Origin: Mycobacterium gordonae
GTDB taxonomy: Bacteria; Actinomycetota; Actinomycetes; Mycobacteriales; Mycobacteriaceae
Assembly: GCF_017086405.1 (NCBI RefSeq)
Contig: NZ_CP070973.1
Span: 2,790,739-2,822,738 of the forward strand
DNA length: 32,000 nucleotides
Reading direction: 5' to 3'
Part shown: positions 10,139-20,550 of the stretch, piece after piece
How the letters are laid out: every line of letters starts with the position of its first letter
Position numbering within the stretch: the stretch's first letter is position 1
Program-made: the position numbers and the translations under genes
The notes under the pieces: model-generated
What the model was told of the DNA's origin: nothing
What the model saw: the letters and a program-made list of their open reading frames with translations, nothing else
The model's database searches: none

Positions 10139-12208
10139 ATGAGCGTCCCCGCACAGCCCGTCTCAGGAGCCCGCGAAGCCCCGATCCGGGTTTCTGCCGG
10201 GACCACCGCGGCGGCTGCCGTCGGCGAGGCCGGGTTGCCGAGGAGGGGTGCGCCCGACGCGATCGTGGTGGTGCGCGACCCCGACGGCAAACTGCGTGAC
10301 CTCAGCTGGGTGCCGGACGCCGACGTCGAGGTGATCCCGGTGGCAGCCAACACCGACGACGGCCGCAGCGTGATCCGGCATTCGGCCGCCCATGTGCTGG
10401 CCCAGGCCGTCCAAGACCTGTTCCCGCATGCCAAGCTCGGCATCGGCCCGCCCATCGCCGACGGTTTCTACTACGACTTCGACGTCGCCGAACCGTTCAC
10501 GCCCGAGGATCTGGACAAGCTGGAAAAGCGGATGCGCCAGATCGTCAAGGAGGGACAGCTGTTCGACCGGCGGGTCTTCGAGTCCAAAGACGAAGCCCGC
10601 GAGGAACTGGCGAACGAGCCGTTCAAGCTCGAGCTCGTCGATGACAAGTCCGGGGATCCGGATGTCATGGAGGTCGGTGGCGACGAGCTGACCGCCTACG
10701 ACAACCTCAATCCGCGCACCCGCGAACGAGTGTGGGGCGACCTGTGCCGCGGCCCGCACATCCCCACCACCAAACACATCCCCGCGTTCAAGCTGACCCG
10801 CAGTTCGGCCGCGTACTGGCGGGGTGATCAGAACAACGCCAGCCTGCAACGCATCTACGGCACGGCGTGGGAATCGCAGGAGGCACTCGACACACACCTG
10901 GAGCTGATCGCCGAGGCTCAACGCCGTGATCACCGCAAACTGGGCGTCGAACTCGACCTGTTCAGCTTCCCGGACGAAATCGGTTCCGGCCTCGCGGTTT
11001 TCCATCCGAAAGGCGGCATCATCCGTCGGGAACTCGAGGAGTACTCCCGGCGCAAGCACGAGCAGGCCGGCTACGAGTTCGTCAACACCCCGCACATCAC
11101 CAAAGAACAGCTCTACATCACCTCGGGCCATCTGGAGTGGTACGCCGACGGCATGTACCCGCCGATGCATCTCGATGCCGAGTTCAACCCCGACGGCACC
11201 GTGCGCAAACCCGGCCAGGACTACTACCTCAAGCCGATGAACTGCCCGATGCACCACCTGATCTACCGGGCACGCGGCCGGTCGTATCGCGAACTTCCGT
11301 TGCGGCTCTTCGAGTTCGGCAGCGTCTACCGGTACGAGAAATCCGGTGTCATCCACGGACTGACCCGGGTGCGCGGGATGACCCAGGACGATTCCCACAT
11401 CTACTGCACCCTCGACCAGATGCGCGACGAGTTGACCTCGGTGCTGCGGTTCGTGCTCGACCTGCTGGCCGACTACGGCCTGGACGACTACTACTTGGAG
11501 CTCTCCACCAAGGACCCCGATAAGTACGTCGGCTCCGACGAGGTGTGGGACGAGGCGACCGCGCTCCTGCGCGAGGTCGGCGAGGCCTCCGGTCTGGAGC
11601 TGGTGCCCGACCCGGGTGGCGCGGCGTTCTACGGACCCAAGATCTCGGTGCAGGTCAAGGACGCGCTGGGCCGCAGTTGGCAGATGTCGACACTGCAGGT
11701 CGACTTCACCATGCCCGACCGCTTCGAGCTGGAGTACACCGCCAGCGACGGGTCCAGGAAACGCCCGGTGCTGATCCACCGGGCGTTGTTCGGCTCCATC
11801 GAGCGGTTCTTCGGCATCCTCACCGAGCACTACGCAGGGGCGTTCCCGGCGTGGCTGGCCCCGGTTCAGGTGGTCGGCATCCCGGTGGCCGACGAGCACG
11901 TTCCTTATCTGGAAGACGTTGCGCTGCAACTGAAATCGCATGGGGTTCGGGTGGAGATCGATGCCAGTGACGACCGGATGGCCAAGAAGATCGTCAACCA
12001 CACCAACCAGAAGGTGCCGTTCATGCTGCTGGCCGGTGACCGGGACGTGCAGGCCGGGGCGGTGAGTTTCCGGTTCGGCGACCGCACCCAGATCAACGGG
12101 GTGCACCGGGACAGCGCGGTCGCTGCCATCGTCGACTGGATCGCCCGCCGCGAAAATGCCGCGCCGACAGCAGAACTGGTGAAAATCGCGCAGAGCGATA
12201 GGGATTGA
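10139..12208 (+). CDS. thrS: Threonine--tRNA ligase
   Basis: Full-length collinear similarity to mycobacterial ThrS as I remember it (MSVPAQP...[21 protein letters not shown]...[17 protein letters not shown]...[14 protein letters not shown]...[16 protein letters not shown]...[29 protein letters not shown]). ATG at 10139 is chosen over the track start at 10124. Confidence 0.97.
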   Translation: MSVPAQPVSGAREAPIRVSAGTTAAAAVGEAGLPRRGAPDAIVVVRDPDGKLRDLSWVPDADVEVIPVAANTDDGRSVIRHSAAHVLAQAVQDLFPHAKLGIGPPIADGFYYDFDVAEPFTPEDLDKLEKRMRQIVKEGQLFDRRVFESKDEAREELANEPFKLELVDDKSGDPDVMEVGGDELTAYDNLNPRTRERVWGDLCRGPHIPTTKHIPAFKLTRSSAAYWRGDQNNASLQRIYGTAWESQEALDTHLELIAEAQRRDHRKLGVELDLFSFPDEIGSGLAVFHPKGGIIRRELEEYSRRKHEQAGYEFVNTPHITKEQLYITSGHLEWYADGMYPPMHLDAEFNPDGTVRKPGQDYYLKPMNCPMHHLIYRARGRSYRELPLRLFEFGSVYRYEKSGVIHGLTRVRGMTQDDSHIYCTLDQMRDELTSVLRFVLDLLADYGLDDYYLELSTKDPDKYVGSDEVWDEATALLREVGEASGLELVPDPGGAAFYGPKISVQVKDALGRSWQMSTLQVDFTMPDRFELEYTASDGSRKRPVLIHRALFGSIERFFGILTEHYAGAFPAWLAPVQVVGIPVADEHVPYLEDVALQLKSHGVRVEIDASDDRMAKKIVNHTNQKVPFMLLAGDRDVQAGAVSFRFGDRTQINGVHRDSAVAAIVDWIARRENAAPTAELVKIAQSDRD

Positions 12209-12220
12209 CCGGGGCCGGCC

Positions 12221-12772
12221 ATGAGTGATGACGACACGATCCACGACCGCGGCGTCGGCCAGCGGGACCATCTGCAGCGGCTGTGGACCCCGTATCGGAT
12301 GAACTACCTGGCCGAAGCGCCCGAAAGCAGGGACAGAGCGAGCCGTGGCGAGCCGTTCACCGACATCCCGCAGATGTCCGACGAAGAGGGCCTCGTGGTC
12401 GCTCGCGGCGAGCTGGTCTACGCCGTACTGAACCTCTATCCGTACAACCCCGGCCACCTGATGGTGGTGCCCTACCGGCGGGTGTCGGAGCTCGAGGACC
12501 TCACCGAGGCCGAGAGCGTCGAGGTGATGGCCTTCACCCAGAAGGCGATCCGCGTGATCAAGAAGGTGTCGCGCCCGCACGGATTCAACGTCGGCATGAA
12601 CCTTGGCACCTCGGCGGGCGGCTCGCTGGCGGAGCATCTGCACGTGCACGTCGTTCCCCGGTGGGGCGGCGACGCGAACTTCATCACCATTGTCGGCGGG
12701 TCCAAGGTGATACCGCAGCTGCTGCGCGAGACCCGGCGGCTGCTGGCCGACGAGTGGGCGAAGCAATCATGA
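12221..12772 (+). CDS. HIT family protein (Rv2613c-like Ap4A phosphorylase type)
   Basis: Histidine triad HLHVHVVPRW near the C-terminus. NLYPYNPGHLMVVP block. Position immediately downstream of thrS, as in M. tuberculosis. Confidence 0.9.
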   Translation: MSDDDTIHDRGVGQRDHLQRLWTPYRMNYLAEAPESRDRASRGEPFTDIPQMSDEEGLVVARGELVYAVLNLYPYNPGHLMVVPYRRVSELEDLTEAESVEVMAFTQKAIRVIKKVSRPHGFNVGMNLGTSAGGSLAEHLHVHVVPRWGGDANFITIVGGSKVIPQLLRETRRLLADEWAKQS

Positions 12773-12779
12773 GGCGCTC

Positions 12780-13433
12780 GTGAGCAAGCTGCCGTTTCTG
12801 TCCCGGGCGTTCTTCGCCCGCCTCACCGACCCGGTGGCCCGGGCCGCCTTGAAGATCGGTCTGACGCCCGACATCGTCACCGTCATCGGCACAGTCGGCT
12901 CGATGGCGGGGGCGTTGACGCTGTTTCCGCTGGGCAAGCTGTTCTTCGGTGGCTGTGTGGTGTGGTTCTTCACGCTCTTCGACATGGCCGACGGGGCGAT
13001 GGCCCGCGCGCGCGGCGGCGGCACCCGCTTCGGCGCGGTGCTCGATGCCACCTGCGACCGCGTCAGCGATGGTGCGGTGTTCTGCGGACTGGCCTGGTGG
13101 ATCGCCTTTCGCATGCATGACAAATGGTTGACCGCGGCGACGCTGATCTGCCTGGTCACCTCGCAGGTGATCTCCTACATCAAGGCGCGGGCCGAAGCCA
13201 GCGGACTGCGCGGCGACGGCGGTTTCATCGAGCGCCCGGAGCGGCTGATCATCGTGCTGGTCGGGGCCGGGGTGTCCGACTTCCCGTTTGTGGCCTGGCC
13301 ACCTGCGCTGCCGATCGGCATGTGGCTGTTGGCCGTGCTCAGCGTGATCACCTGCGGGCAACGCATGTATGCGGTGCGAACCTCGCCGGGGGCCGTCGAC
13401 CGCATCCCCATCCCAGGAAAGAACGAGCAGTGA
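12780..13433 (+). CDS. pgsA1: CDP-alcohol phosphatidyltransferase (phosphatidylinositol phosphate synthase)
   Basis: CDP-alcohol phosphotransferase motif DMADGAMARARGGGTRFGAVLDATCDRVSD (D-G-x2-A-R...G-x3-D-x3-D). Multiple TM segments. GTG start at 12780. Confidence 0.9.
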   Translation: MSKLPFLSRAFFARLTDPVARAALKIGLTPDIVTVIGTVGSMAGALTLFPLGKLFFGGCVVWFFTLFDMADGAMARARGGGTRFGAVLDATCDRVSDGAVFCGLAWWIAFRMHDKWLTAATLICLVTSQVISYIKARAEASGLRGDGGFIERPERLIIVLVGAGVSDFPFVAWPPALPIGMWLLAVLSVITCGQRMYAVRTSPGAVDRIPIPGKNEQ

Positions 13434-14380
13434 TACCGCCATCAGTAGGCCTGAAACTGCCCGGCCGGCCCCGCGATCTGTTGACCGGTAGGGCCACCGA
13501 CTGGGCCTATGCCACCGGCTGGCGGGCCGTGCGGGTGCTGCCGGAGTTCGCCGCGCGCAATGCATTCGACGCCGGCGCCCGTTACGCCGCCCGCAACGGT
13601 GGTCCCGAGCAGTTGCGCAAGAATCTGGCGCGCGTCCTCGGGGTCCGGCCCGCCGCGGTGCCCGACGCACTGATGCGCGCCTCGTTGGCGTCCTATGCCC
13701 GGTACTGGCGGGAAGCGTTCCGGTTGCCGACGATGGATCTGCGCGCGCTGACGCGCCGGCTCGACAGCGGAACCCACGGCCAGGACAATCTCAACGCCGG
13801 ACTGGCGGCCGGCCGCGGCGTGGTGCTGGCATTGCCGCACAGTGGCAACTGGGACATGAACGGTGTCTGGCTGGCACAGACCTACGGCACTTTCGCCACC
13901 GTCGCCGAGCGACTCAAGCCGGAGTCGCTCTACCGGCGCTTCATCGACTACCGCGAGACGCTCGGCTTCGAAGTGATCCCGCACTCCGGCGGCCGGCGAC
14001 CGCCGTTCGAGGTCCTGTGTGACCGGCTGCGCGACAATCAGATCGTGGCCCTGATGGCCGAGCGCGACCTCACCCGCACCGGTGTCGAGGTCGACTTCTT
14101 CGGCGAACCCACCCGGATGCCCGCCGGGCCGGCCAAGCTGGCGATCGCGACGGGCGCGGCGTTGCTGCCGTCGCACTGCTGGTTCAGCGGCGACGGCTGG
14201 GAATGCAAGATGCAGACCCCGTTGGATTGCAGCAACGGCGACGTCGGCGCCATCACCCAGGCGCTGGCCGACGAGTTCGCGCGCAATATCGCTGCCCATC
14301 CCGCAGACTGGCACATGCTGCAACCGCAGTGGCTGGCGGATCTGTCGGACGACCGGCAGGCCTGGTTGAAGGACGGCTGA
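13430..14380 (+). CDS. patA: Lauroyl/palmitoyl (LpxL-family) acyltransferase, PIM acyltransferase PatA type
   Basis: HX4D acyltransferase motif in LPHSGNWDM. GTG at 13430 overlaps the pgsA1 stop (GTGA). The longer track ORF from 13124 would overlap pgsA1 by 300 nt. Position between pgsA1 and pimA matches Rv2611c. Confidence 0.85.
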   Translation: MIPPSVGLKLPGRPRDLLTGRATDWAYATGWRAVRVLPEFAARNAFDAGARYAARNGGPEQLRKNLARVLGVRPAAVPDALMRASLASYARYWREAFRLPTMDLRALTRRLDSGTHGQDNLNAGLAAGRGVVLALPHSGNWDMNGVWLAQTYGTFATVAERLKPESLYRRFIDYRETLGFEVIPHSGGRRPPFEVLCDRLRDNQIVALMAERDLTRTGVEVDFFGEPTRMPAGPAKLAIATGAALLPSHCWFSGDGWECKMQTPLDCSNGDVGAITQALADEFARNIAAHPADWHMLQPQWLADLSDDRQAWLKDG

Positions 14381-15516
14381 TGCGGATCGGAATGGTCTGC
14401 CCCTACTCGTTCGACGTGCCCGGCGGGGTGCAGTCGCACGTGTTGCAGCTGGCCGAGGTGATGACCGAGCGCGGACACGAGGTCAGCGTCCTGGCGCCGA
14501 TGTCCTCGCAGGCCGCCCTGCCCGACTACGTCGTCTCCGCCGGCAAAGCCGTTCCCATTCCCTACAACGGATCGGTGGCTCGGCTGCGGTTCGGCCCGGT
14601 CACCTACCGCAAGGTGAAGAGATGGCTCGCCGAAGGCGATTTCGACGTGCTGCACCTGCACGAACCGGGCGCCCCGAGCCTGTCGCTGCTCGCCCTCGAC
14701 ATCGCCGAAGGTCCGATTGTGGCGACTTTTCACACGTCGACCACCAAGTCGGTGGCGATGTCGGTATTGGGCGGCATGCTGCGGCCCAGGTTCGAGAAGA
14801 TCGTCGGCCGGATTGCGGTGTCCGACCTGGCCCGGCGCTGGCAGATGGAGTCGGTGGGATCGGATGCGGTGGAGATCCCCAACGGTGTCGACGTCGATTC
14901 GTTCGCTTCGGCGCCGCTGTTGGACGGATACCCGCGGCCAGGCAAGACCGTGCTGTTCCTGGGGCGCTTCGACGAGTCGCGCAAGGGCATGGCAACGCTG
15001 CTGTCGGCCATGCCCGCCGTGGTGCAGCGGTTCCCCGACGTGCAGCTGCTGATCGTCGGTCGCGGTGACGAAGACGAATTGCGCAGTCAAGCAAGCCAAT
15101 TCGCCGATCATCTCAGGTTTCTAGGGCAGGTCGACGACGCCGGTAAGGCGTCGGCGATGCGCAGCGCTGACGTGTATTGCGCGCCCAACACCGGCGGCGA
15201 GAGTTTCGGCATCGTCCTGGTCGAGGCGATGGCCGCCGGTACCGCCGTGGTGGCCAGCGATCTGGACGCGTTCCGGCGGGTGCTGCAGGACGGCGAACTC
15301 GGCCGACTGGTTCCGATCGAAGACGGCCTCGAAGACGGAGAAGCGCTGGCTGAGGCGTTGATCGCGGTGCTGGACGACGACGCGCTGCGCGCCCGATACG
15401 TCGCCGCCGGAAGCGAGGCCGTCCACCGCTACGACTGGTCTGTGGTGGCCAGCCAGATCATGCGGGTCTACGAGACGGTGGCCGGCTCCGGCGTCAAGGT
15501 CCAGGTGGCCAGCTGA
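14380..15516 (+). CDS. pimA: GDP-mannose-dependent phosphatidylinositol alpha-mannosyltransferase (GT4)
   Basis: MRIGMVCPYSFDVPGGVQSHV N-terminus and GT4 C-terminal block ESFGIVLVEAMAAGTAVVASD. The ATG at 14380 shares one base with the patA TGA (14378-14380). Confidence 0.92.
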   Translation: MRIGMVCPYSFDVPGGVQSHVLQLAEVMTERGHEVSVLAPMSSQAALPDYVVSAGKAVPIPYNGSVARLRFGPVTYRKVKRWLAEGDFDVLHLHEPGAPSLSLLALDIAEGPIVATFHTSTTKSVAMSVLGGMLRPRFEKIVGRIAVSDLARRWQMESVGSDAVEIPNGVDVDSFASAPLLDGYPRPGKTVLFLGRFDESRKGMATLLSAMPAVVQRFPDVQLLIVGRGDEDELRSQASQFADHLRFLGQVDDAGKASAMRSADVYCAPNTGGESFGIVLVEAMAAGTAVVASDLDAFRRVLQDGELGRLVPIEDGLEDGEALAEALIAVLDDDALRARYVAAGSEAVHRYDWSVVASQIMRVYETVAGSGVKVQVAS

Positions 15517-16538
15517 TGGTGTGGCTCGTCGCCCTGGCCGTTCTGCTGTTCGTGCTGTTGGTCATTCTCGGCGCCTGGGGCTATCAGCGGGCCAATCGCC
15601 TGGACCGGCTCAACGTCCGCTACGACCTGTCCTGGCAGGCGCTGGACAGCGCGCTGGCGCGGCGCGCGGTCGTGGCGCGTGCGGTCGCCATCGATGCCTA
15701 CGGCGGCTCGCCGGAGGGCGAGCGGCTGGCGGCCCTGGCCGATGCCGCCGAGCGCGCGCCCCGCACCATGCGCGAGACCGCGGAAAACGAGCTGTCGGCC
15801 GCGTTGGCGCTGGTCGATCCCGCGTCGGTGCCGGCGGCCCTGGTGGCCGAGCTGGCCGATGCCGAGGCGCGGGTGCTGTTGGCCCGCCGATTCCACAACG
15901 ATGCGGTGCGCGACACCTTGGTGCTGGCCGAGCGGCGCATGGTTCGGCTGTTTCATCTCGGCGGAAGGGCGCCGCTGCCAACGTATTTCGAGATCGCCGA
16001 GCGGCCGCACGCGCAGCGGCACACGGGCGACCGGCTCAACCACCGCACTTCGGCGCGGGTGGTCCTGCTCGACGAGGGCGGTTCGGTGCTGCTGCTGTGC
16101 GGCTCCGATCCGGCTATCGCCCATGCGCCGTGCTGGTGGTTCACCGTCGGAGGCGAAGTCAGGCCGGGGGAGCGGTTGGCCGAAGCCGCCGCCCGGGAAT
16201 TGGCCGAGGAGACCGGTTTGCAGGTCGCGTCGACGGACCTGGTGGGACCGGTGTGGCGACGTGACGAGGTCTTCGAGTTCAACGGTTCGATGATCGACAG
16301 CGAGGAGTTCTACCTCGTGTACCGCACCCGGCGGTTCGAGCCGACGCTGGACGGGCGGACGGCCCTGGAACGCAGCTACATTCACGGTGCCCGGTGGTGC
16401 GGCCCGGCCGACATCGCCGAACTGGTCGCCGCCGGTGAGGTGGTCTACCCGCGGCAGCTGGGGGAGCTGCTGCCGACCGCCAACCGGCTGATCGACTCGG
16501 CCCCGCGTGATGCCGTTGTCCCGCAGTCGATCAGCTGA
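15516..16538 (+). CDS. Membrane-anchored Nudix hydrolase (Rv2609c-like)
   Basis: N-terminal TM helix MVWLVALAVLLFVLLVILGAWGY. Nudix box GGEVRPGERLAEAAARELAEETGL (G-x5-E-x7-REUxEExGU). The ATG overlaps the pimA stop (ATGA-type, 15514-15518). Confidence 0.85.
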   Translation: MVWLVALAVLLFVLLVILGAWGYQRANRLDRLNVRYDLSWQALDSALARRAVVARAVAIDAYGGSPEGERLAALADAAERAPRTMRETAENELSAALALVDPASVPAALVAELADAEARVLLARRFHNDAVRDTLVLAERRMVRLFHLGGRAPLPTYFEIAERPHAQRHTGDRLNHRTSARVVLLDEGGSVLLLCGSDPAIAHAPCWWFTVGGEVRPGERLAEAAARELAEETGLQVASTDLVGPVWRRDEVFEFNGSMIDSEEFYLVYRTRRFEPTLDGRTALERSYIHGARWCGPADIAELVAAGEVVYPRQLGELLPTANRLIDSAPRDAVVPQSIS

Positions 16539-16539
16539 G

Positions 16540-16911
16540 TCAGATATGCCCGGGCATGCCGCCGGCCATCGGCGGCGCCGGAATGGTGGGTGCTAGCGGA
16601 ATCGCCGGCGCGGCCGGGGGCGGTGCCGGTGGCGGTGGCGGTGCTGACGGAATCGCGTAGGGACCGCCCGCGCAAATTGGGTTGGTAGGCACGGTGACGC
16701 AGCTGGGGTCACCTGGGGAGGTGGGTTGGGCATAGGGTCCGCCCTGGCACTGAGGTTCGAACGGCATCGAAATACACCGTGGGTCGTCGGGGCCGTCGGG
16801 GGCGCCGGACCCAGGATCGTCGAGCGGAGCGGGCGTCGCCCACGCGGGTGTCGGCATACTCGCCGTCAGTCCGATAAGCGCAGCCACGACAAGCATTTTC
16901 AGCCAAGTCAT
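16540..16911 (-). CDS. Small secreted Cys/Pro-rich protein of unknown function (123 aa)
   Basis: ATG at 16911 with GAAGGAG about 6 nt upstream. Signal peptide MTWLKMLVVAALIGLTASMPTPAWA|TP. Internal duplication CISMPFEPQCQGGPYAQP / CVTVPTNPICAGGPYAIP. Pro/Ala-rich tail. It lies 25 nt downstream of the PPE gene on the same strand. Confidence 0.6.
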   Translation of the reverse strand: MTWLKMLVVAALIGLTASMPTPAWATPAPLDDPGSGAPDGPDDPRCISMPFEPQCQGGPYAQPTSPGDPSCVTVPTNPICAGGPYAIPSAPPPPPAPPPAAPAIPLAPTIPAPPMAGGMPGHI

Positions 16912-16936
16912 TCATCGCTCCTTCGCCAGTACACGG

Positions 16937-18643
16937 TTACGGTAGCCGCCCCGGGAATCCCAATCCGCCCAGCGCATCATGAATTCCCTGCACCGCACCC
17001 TGCTGTAGCTGCGCGGCGAGGACGGCCGGATCGACCTGGGGGAACAATCCGAAAGGCGTCGGCACGTCCTGGTAGGCGGTCCGGTCGTAGCCCAGCTCGA
17101 CGAGCACCCGCAGGTCCGGCTGGACCAGGTCGGCCAGCGGATTCCCCACCAGCGGGATGGCGCGCACCGGGTTGAGCAGCGGCAGGTCGTGGGTGGGGAT
17201 CAGGATGTAGGTGGTCAGACTGCCCGGGGACACCGGCTGGACGATGCCGGACGCGAACTGGGCGGCTGACAACGAGTATGACGGGTGGATATAGGCGAAG
17301 CCGGCCAGCGCGTTGGCCGTTGCCAGCAGGTTGAGCGGGTAACGGGGGAAGTCGGCGGCGCCGTCGTACTGGATGGCGTAATCCACAGTGGGATAGACGT
17401 TGGCGGGCGTCGCGCCGTTGAAAGTGAAGCCCAGGAACGGGATGGACAGGCCCGTGAAGCGTGACAGCAGGCCGCCGTCAGGCCGGTTGGGGTTGGCGAT
17501 CAGCACAAAAGACAGTTCGTCGGCCGCGGGCCGCAACGCCGGCGGCAGGGACTGCAGGTAGCGCATTTCCAGCGTCGCCACCGTGGCGCTCTGGGACACG
17601 CCGAATACGACTATGTCTTTGCCCGCGGCATGCAGGTTCATGGTGGCGGTGTTGAGCCGATGCATCCCCTCGGCGATCGAGGCGTCGAAGGTCAGGCTGG
17701 TGGGTCCGGTGATGGGAAACATCTTCTGCGGTGTCACCAGAAACTGTGCGTCATAGGACGGATGGGTAGGAGTGATGAAGCTGCTCGGCAGCACCTCGAA
17801 GCCCGACCAGGGCAGAGGGTTGGGTCCGGTTCCACCCATCAGCAGCGCCGTCGTGGTCGAACTGCCGCCCCCGGCCGGGGTCAGCTCGATAAGGTTCACG
17901 CCGACGTTGCCGTCGCCGGGAAGTCCGTAACCGACGAGGTGGTTGCCGATGTTGATGAGCCCGACGTTGCAGTTGCCCTTGTTGTTGACGCCGATGTTGC
18001 CCTCACCACGGTTTCCGACGCCGATGTTGCCGTTGCCGACATTGCCGAATCCGATGTTGTTGGCGCCCTGGTTGCCCGAGCCCAGGTTGAAGGTGCCGTC
18101 GGCCCAGTCGATGCTGAGCCCGGGCAGGCCGGTGGCGGCATGCGTGGCGGACAGTTGCTGCGCCACTGCCGACACCTGCGCGTGGTATCCGGCCATGGCC
18201 GCGACGTCTTGGGCCCACATCTGTTCGTAGGCGGCTTCGGCGGCCGCGATGGCGGGGGCGTTCTGCCCGAACAGGTTGGTCGTCACCAGCGACACCAGCC
18301 CCGACCGGTTGGCGGCAACCAGCCCCGGGTGCACGACCGCAGCCTGCGCGGTCTCGAATGCGCCCGCCGCCACTCGCGCCTGTGCGGCCGTCCGTTCGGC
18401 CTGCGTCGCCGCCGACGTCAACCACGTGGCATAGGGCGCCGCGGCCCGCGTCATCGCCAGCATCGCCGGGCCCCGCCACCCGTCGGCCAGGCCCGAGGTG
18501 ACCGCGGTGAACGAACGCGCCGCGGCATCCAGTTCGACGGCCAGCCCGTCCCAGGATGCCGCCACCGACAGCCAGCTGCGCGGCCCCGCACCGGCGAAGA
18601 TGCGCGCGGAGGTGAGTTCCGGCGGTAGAACGGCGAAATTCAT
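16937..18643 (-). CDS. PPE family protein with C-terminal PE-PPE (alpha/beta hydrolase-like) domain
   Basis: [25 protein letters not shown]-terminus (ATG at 18643; the track start at 18673 adds 10 atypical residues). NxGxGNxG repeats ([24 protein letters not shown]). C-terminal domain with FGVSQSA pentapeptide (17588-17602) and [20 protein letters not shown] tail. Confidence 0.9.
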   Translation of the reverse strand: MNFAVLPPELTSARIFAGAGPRSWLSVAASWDGLAVELDAAARSFTAVTSGLADGWRGPAMLAMTRAAAPYATWLTSAATQAERTAAQARVAAGAFETAQAAVVHPGLVAANRSGLVSLVTTNLFGQNAPAIAAAEAAYEQMWAQDVAAMAGYHAQVSAVAQQLSATHAATGLPGLSIDWADGTFNLGSGNQGANNIGFGNVGNGNIGVGNRGEGNIGVNNKGNCNVGLINIGNHLVGYGLPGDGNVGVNLIELTPAGGGSSTTTALLMGGTGPNPLPWSGFEVLPSSFITPTHPSYDAQFLVTPQKMFPITGPTSLTFDASIAEGMHRLNTATMNLHAAGKDIVVFGVSQSATVATLEMRYLQSLPPALRPAADELSFVLIANPNRPDGGLLSRFTGLSIPFLGFTFNGATPANVYPTVDYAIQYDGAADFPRYPLNLLATANALAGFAYIHPSYSLSAAQFASGIVQPVSPGSLTTYILIPTHDLPLLNPVRAIPLVGNPLADLVQPDLRVLVELGYDRTAYQDVPTPFGLFPQVDPAVLAAQLQQGAVQGIHDALGGLGFPGRLP

Positions 18644-18669
18644 CGCGAGGCTCGTCAGGTTACAACCAC

Positions 18670-20427
18670 TCACAGTTTCGGTGGCACACCCAACGAAGCC
18701 AACGCATCGTGCACACCCTGCACAGCACCCTGATGCAACTGAGCGGCGAGCAGCGCCGGATCGACGTGTGGGAACAACCCGAACGGTGCCAACACGTCCT
18801 GGTAGGCGGTGCGGTCGTATCCCAACTCAACGAGCACTCGCAAATCGGGCTGGACCAAATCGGCGAGTGGGTTTCCCACGAGGGGAATGGCGCGCAACGG
18901 GTACAGCAGCGGCAGATCTTCGGTGGGAAGCAGGATGTAGGTGGCGTGTACGTCCGGCGACGACACCGGCTGAACGATACCTGCCGCCAGATCGTGCGGC
19001 ACCGTCATCAATCCGGAGTGCAGGAAAACGATGCCCGCAACGGCGTTGGCGGTCGAAATGAGATTCAGCGGGTATCGGGGGAAGTCGGCGACGCCATCGT
19101 ATTGGACCGCATAGTCGACGAGTGGGTAGACGGAGGGCGTCGCGCCGGAGAAAGAGATACCCAATTGAGGTATGGCGAGACCGCGGGCAAACAGACCGCC
19201 GTCGGGCCGGAAGGGATTACCGGTCAGCACAAAGGACAATTCGTCTAGCCCCGGTCGTAGGTTTTCGGACAGGGAATGCAGATAGCGGATTTCCATCAGC
19301 GCTATCGCCGCACCCTGGGAGCCACCGAACACGATGACGTGGTTTCCCGCCGCAAGTTGCTCGGTAATCTCGGCATGCAGATTCACGACGCCCTGCGCCA
19401 CCGAGGCGTCGAAGGTCAAGCTGCCCGGCCCGGTGAGGGGGAAAAATTCAGACGGCGTCTTCAAGTACTCGGCGGTATACCCAAGATGGAAGGGAGTGAT
19501 GAAGTGCGCCGCGTACTCCAGTATCGCGGGTCTCGGCAGAGGTAGCGGGCTCTTGGTTCCGCCTATCACCAATGCTGTTACTCCCGGCCCGCCGTCCCCG
19601 ACCACCAGGGCGTGCGGGTAGTCGTCGTCGGGAATCCCGAAACCGATTTGTCCGTTTCCGGTCAAGCCGATGCCGATGTTCCCATTGCCTTGATTCCCCA
19701 AGCCGAAGTTCCTGCTTCCAAGATTATGGAAGCCGATGTTTTCATTGCCGGTGTTTGCGACGCCGATGTTTCCATTGCCGTTGTTCCCGAAGCCGATGTT
19801 GTTGATTCCGGTGTTTGCGCTGCCGACGTTGAACGTGCCGTTTTCCATATTCACGCTGATCACTGGAAGCCCAGCGGCGGCGTACGCGCTGGCCACCTGC
19901 TCGCGCAGATTCTGCGCCAGCTGCTGCCACTGCGGCAGCTGCGTGGCCGCTGACGCGTTGGCGTGGTAACAGGCCATCGCAGCGACGTCTTGGGCCCATA
20001 TCTGTTCGTAGTCGGCTTCGACGGCGGCGATGGTCGGGGTATTCAGGCCCAGGAGATTGGATCTTACGAGTGAGACCAGCTGGCTCCGGTTGGCCGCGAT
20101 CACCGCCGGATGCACGATGGCCGCGCGGGCGGCATCGAAGGCGTCAGCGGCCAGTCGTGCCTGGGCGGCCGTTTGCTCAGCCTGGCTCGCCGCCACGCTC
20201 AACCAACCCACATACGGCCCGGCTGCGCGTGTCATCGCCTGCAGGGCATCGCCCTGCCAGGCCTCGCCTGCCAGCCCGAAGGTCGCCGATGCGACGGAGC
20301 CCGCCGCAGCCTCCAGCTCCTGCGCCAGACCATCCCAGGCGGCGGCAGCGGCCAGCATCGGTGCACGGCCGACACCTGTGCACATGCGAGTCGAATTCAA
20401 TTCCGGCGGTAACACGGCAAAACTCAT
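18670..20427 (-). CDS. PPE family protein with C-terminal PE-PPE (alpha/beta hydrolase-like) domain
   Basis: [19 protein letters not shown]-terminus. NxGxGNxG repeats. Canonical GxSxG in FGGSQGA (19312-19326). The C-terminal 80 aa are nearly identical to the downstream paralogue. Confidence 0.9.
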   Translation of the reverse strand: MSFAVLPPELNSTRMCTGVGRAPMLAAAAAWDGLAQELEAAAGSVASATFGLAGEAWQGDALQAMTRAAGPYVGWLSVAASQAEQTAAQARLAADAFDAARAAIVHPAVIAANRSQLVSLVRSNLLGLNTPTIAAVEADYEQIWAQDVAAMACYHANASAATQLPQWQQLAQNLREQVASAYAAAGLPVISVNMENGTFNVGSANTGINNIGFGNNGNGNIGVANTGNENIGFHNLGSRNFGLGNQGNGNIGIGLTGNGQIGFGIPDDDYPHALVVGDGGPGVTALVIGGTKSPLPLPRPAILEYAAHFITPFHLGYTAEYLKTPSEFFPLTGPGSLTFDASVAQGVVNLHAEITEQLAAGNHVIVFGGSQGAAIALMEIRYLHSLSENLRPGLDELSFVLTGNPFRPDGGLFARGLAIPQLGISFSGATPSVYPLVDYAVQYDGVADFPRYPLNLISTANAVAGIVFLHSGLMTVPHDLAAGIVQPVSSPDVHATYILLPTEDLPLLYPLRAIPLVGNPLADLVQPDLRVLVELGYDRTAYQDVLAPFGLFPHVDPALLAAQLHQGAVQGVHDALASLGVPPKL

Positions 20428-20550
20428 CGCTGCTCGCTCTCTCGGCAGATGAGTTTACGATGGTAACCGCCCGGCGCCGCCACGGCTGGAAAACTGGTTT
20501 GTCGATCACCCTTAGACTGGTGCTCGCATCCGATCCAGCCAAGGAGAGTC

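Noticed and set aside
9060-10154. 364-aa minus-strand ORF antisense to the GT2 gene
   Set aside because: The plus-strand frame carries the canonical GT2 N-terminal signature. The antisense product has no recognisable features.
10163-12766. 867-aa ORF on the minus strand spanning all of thrS and the HIT gene
   Set aside because: It is antisense to two unambiguous conserved genes. The translation is Arg/Gly/Val/His-rich low-complexity with no recognisable domain. This is the usual long antisense ORF artefact of high-GC DNA.
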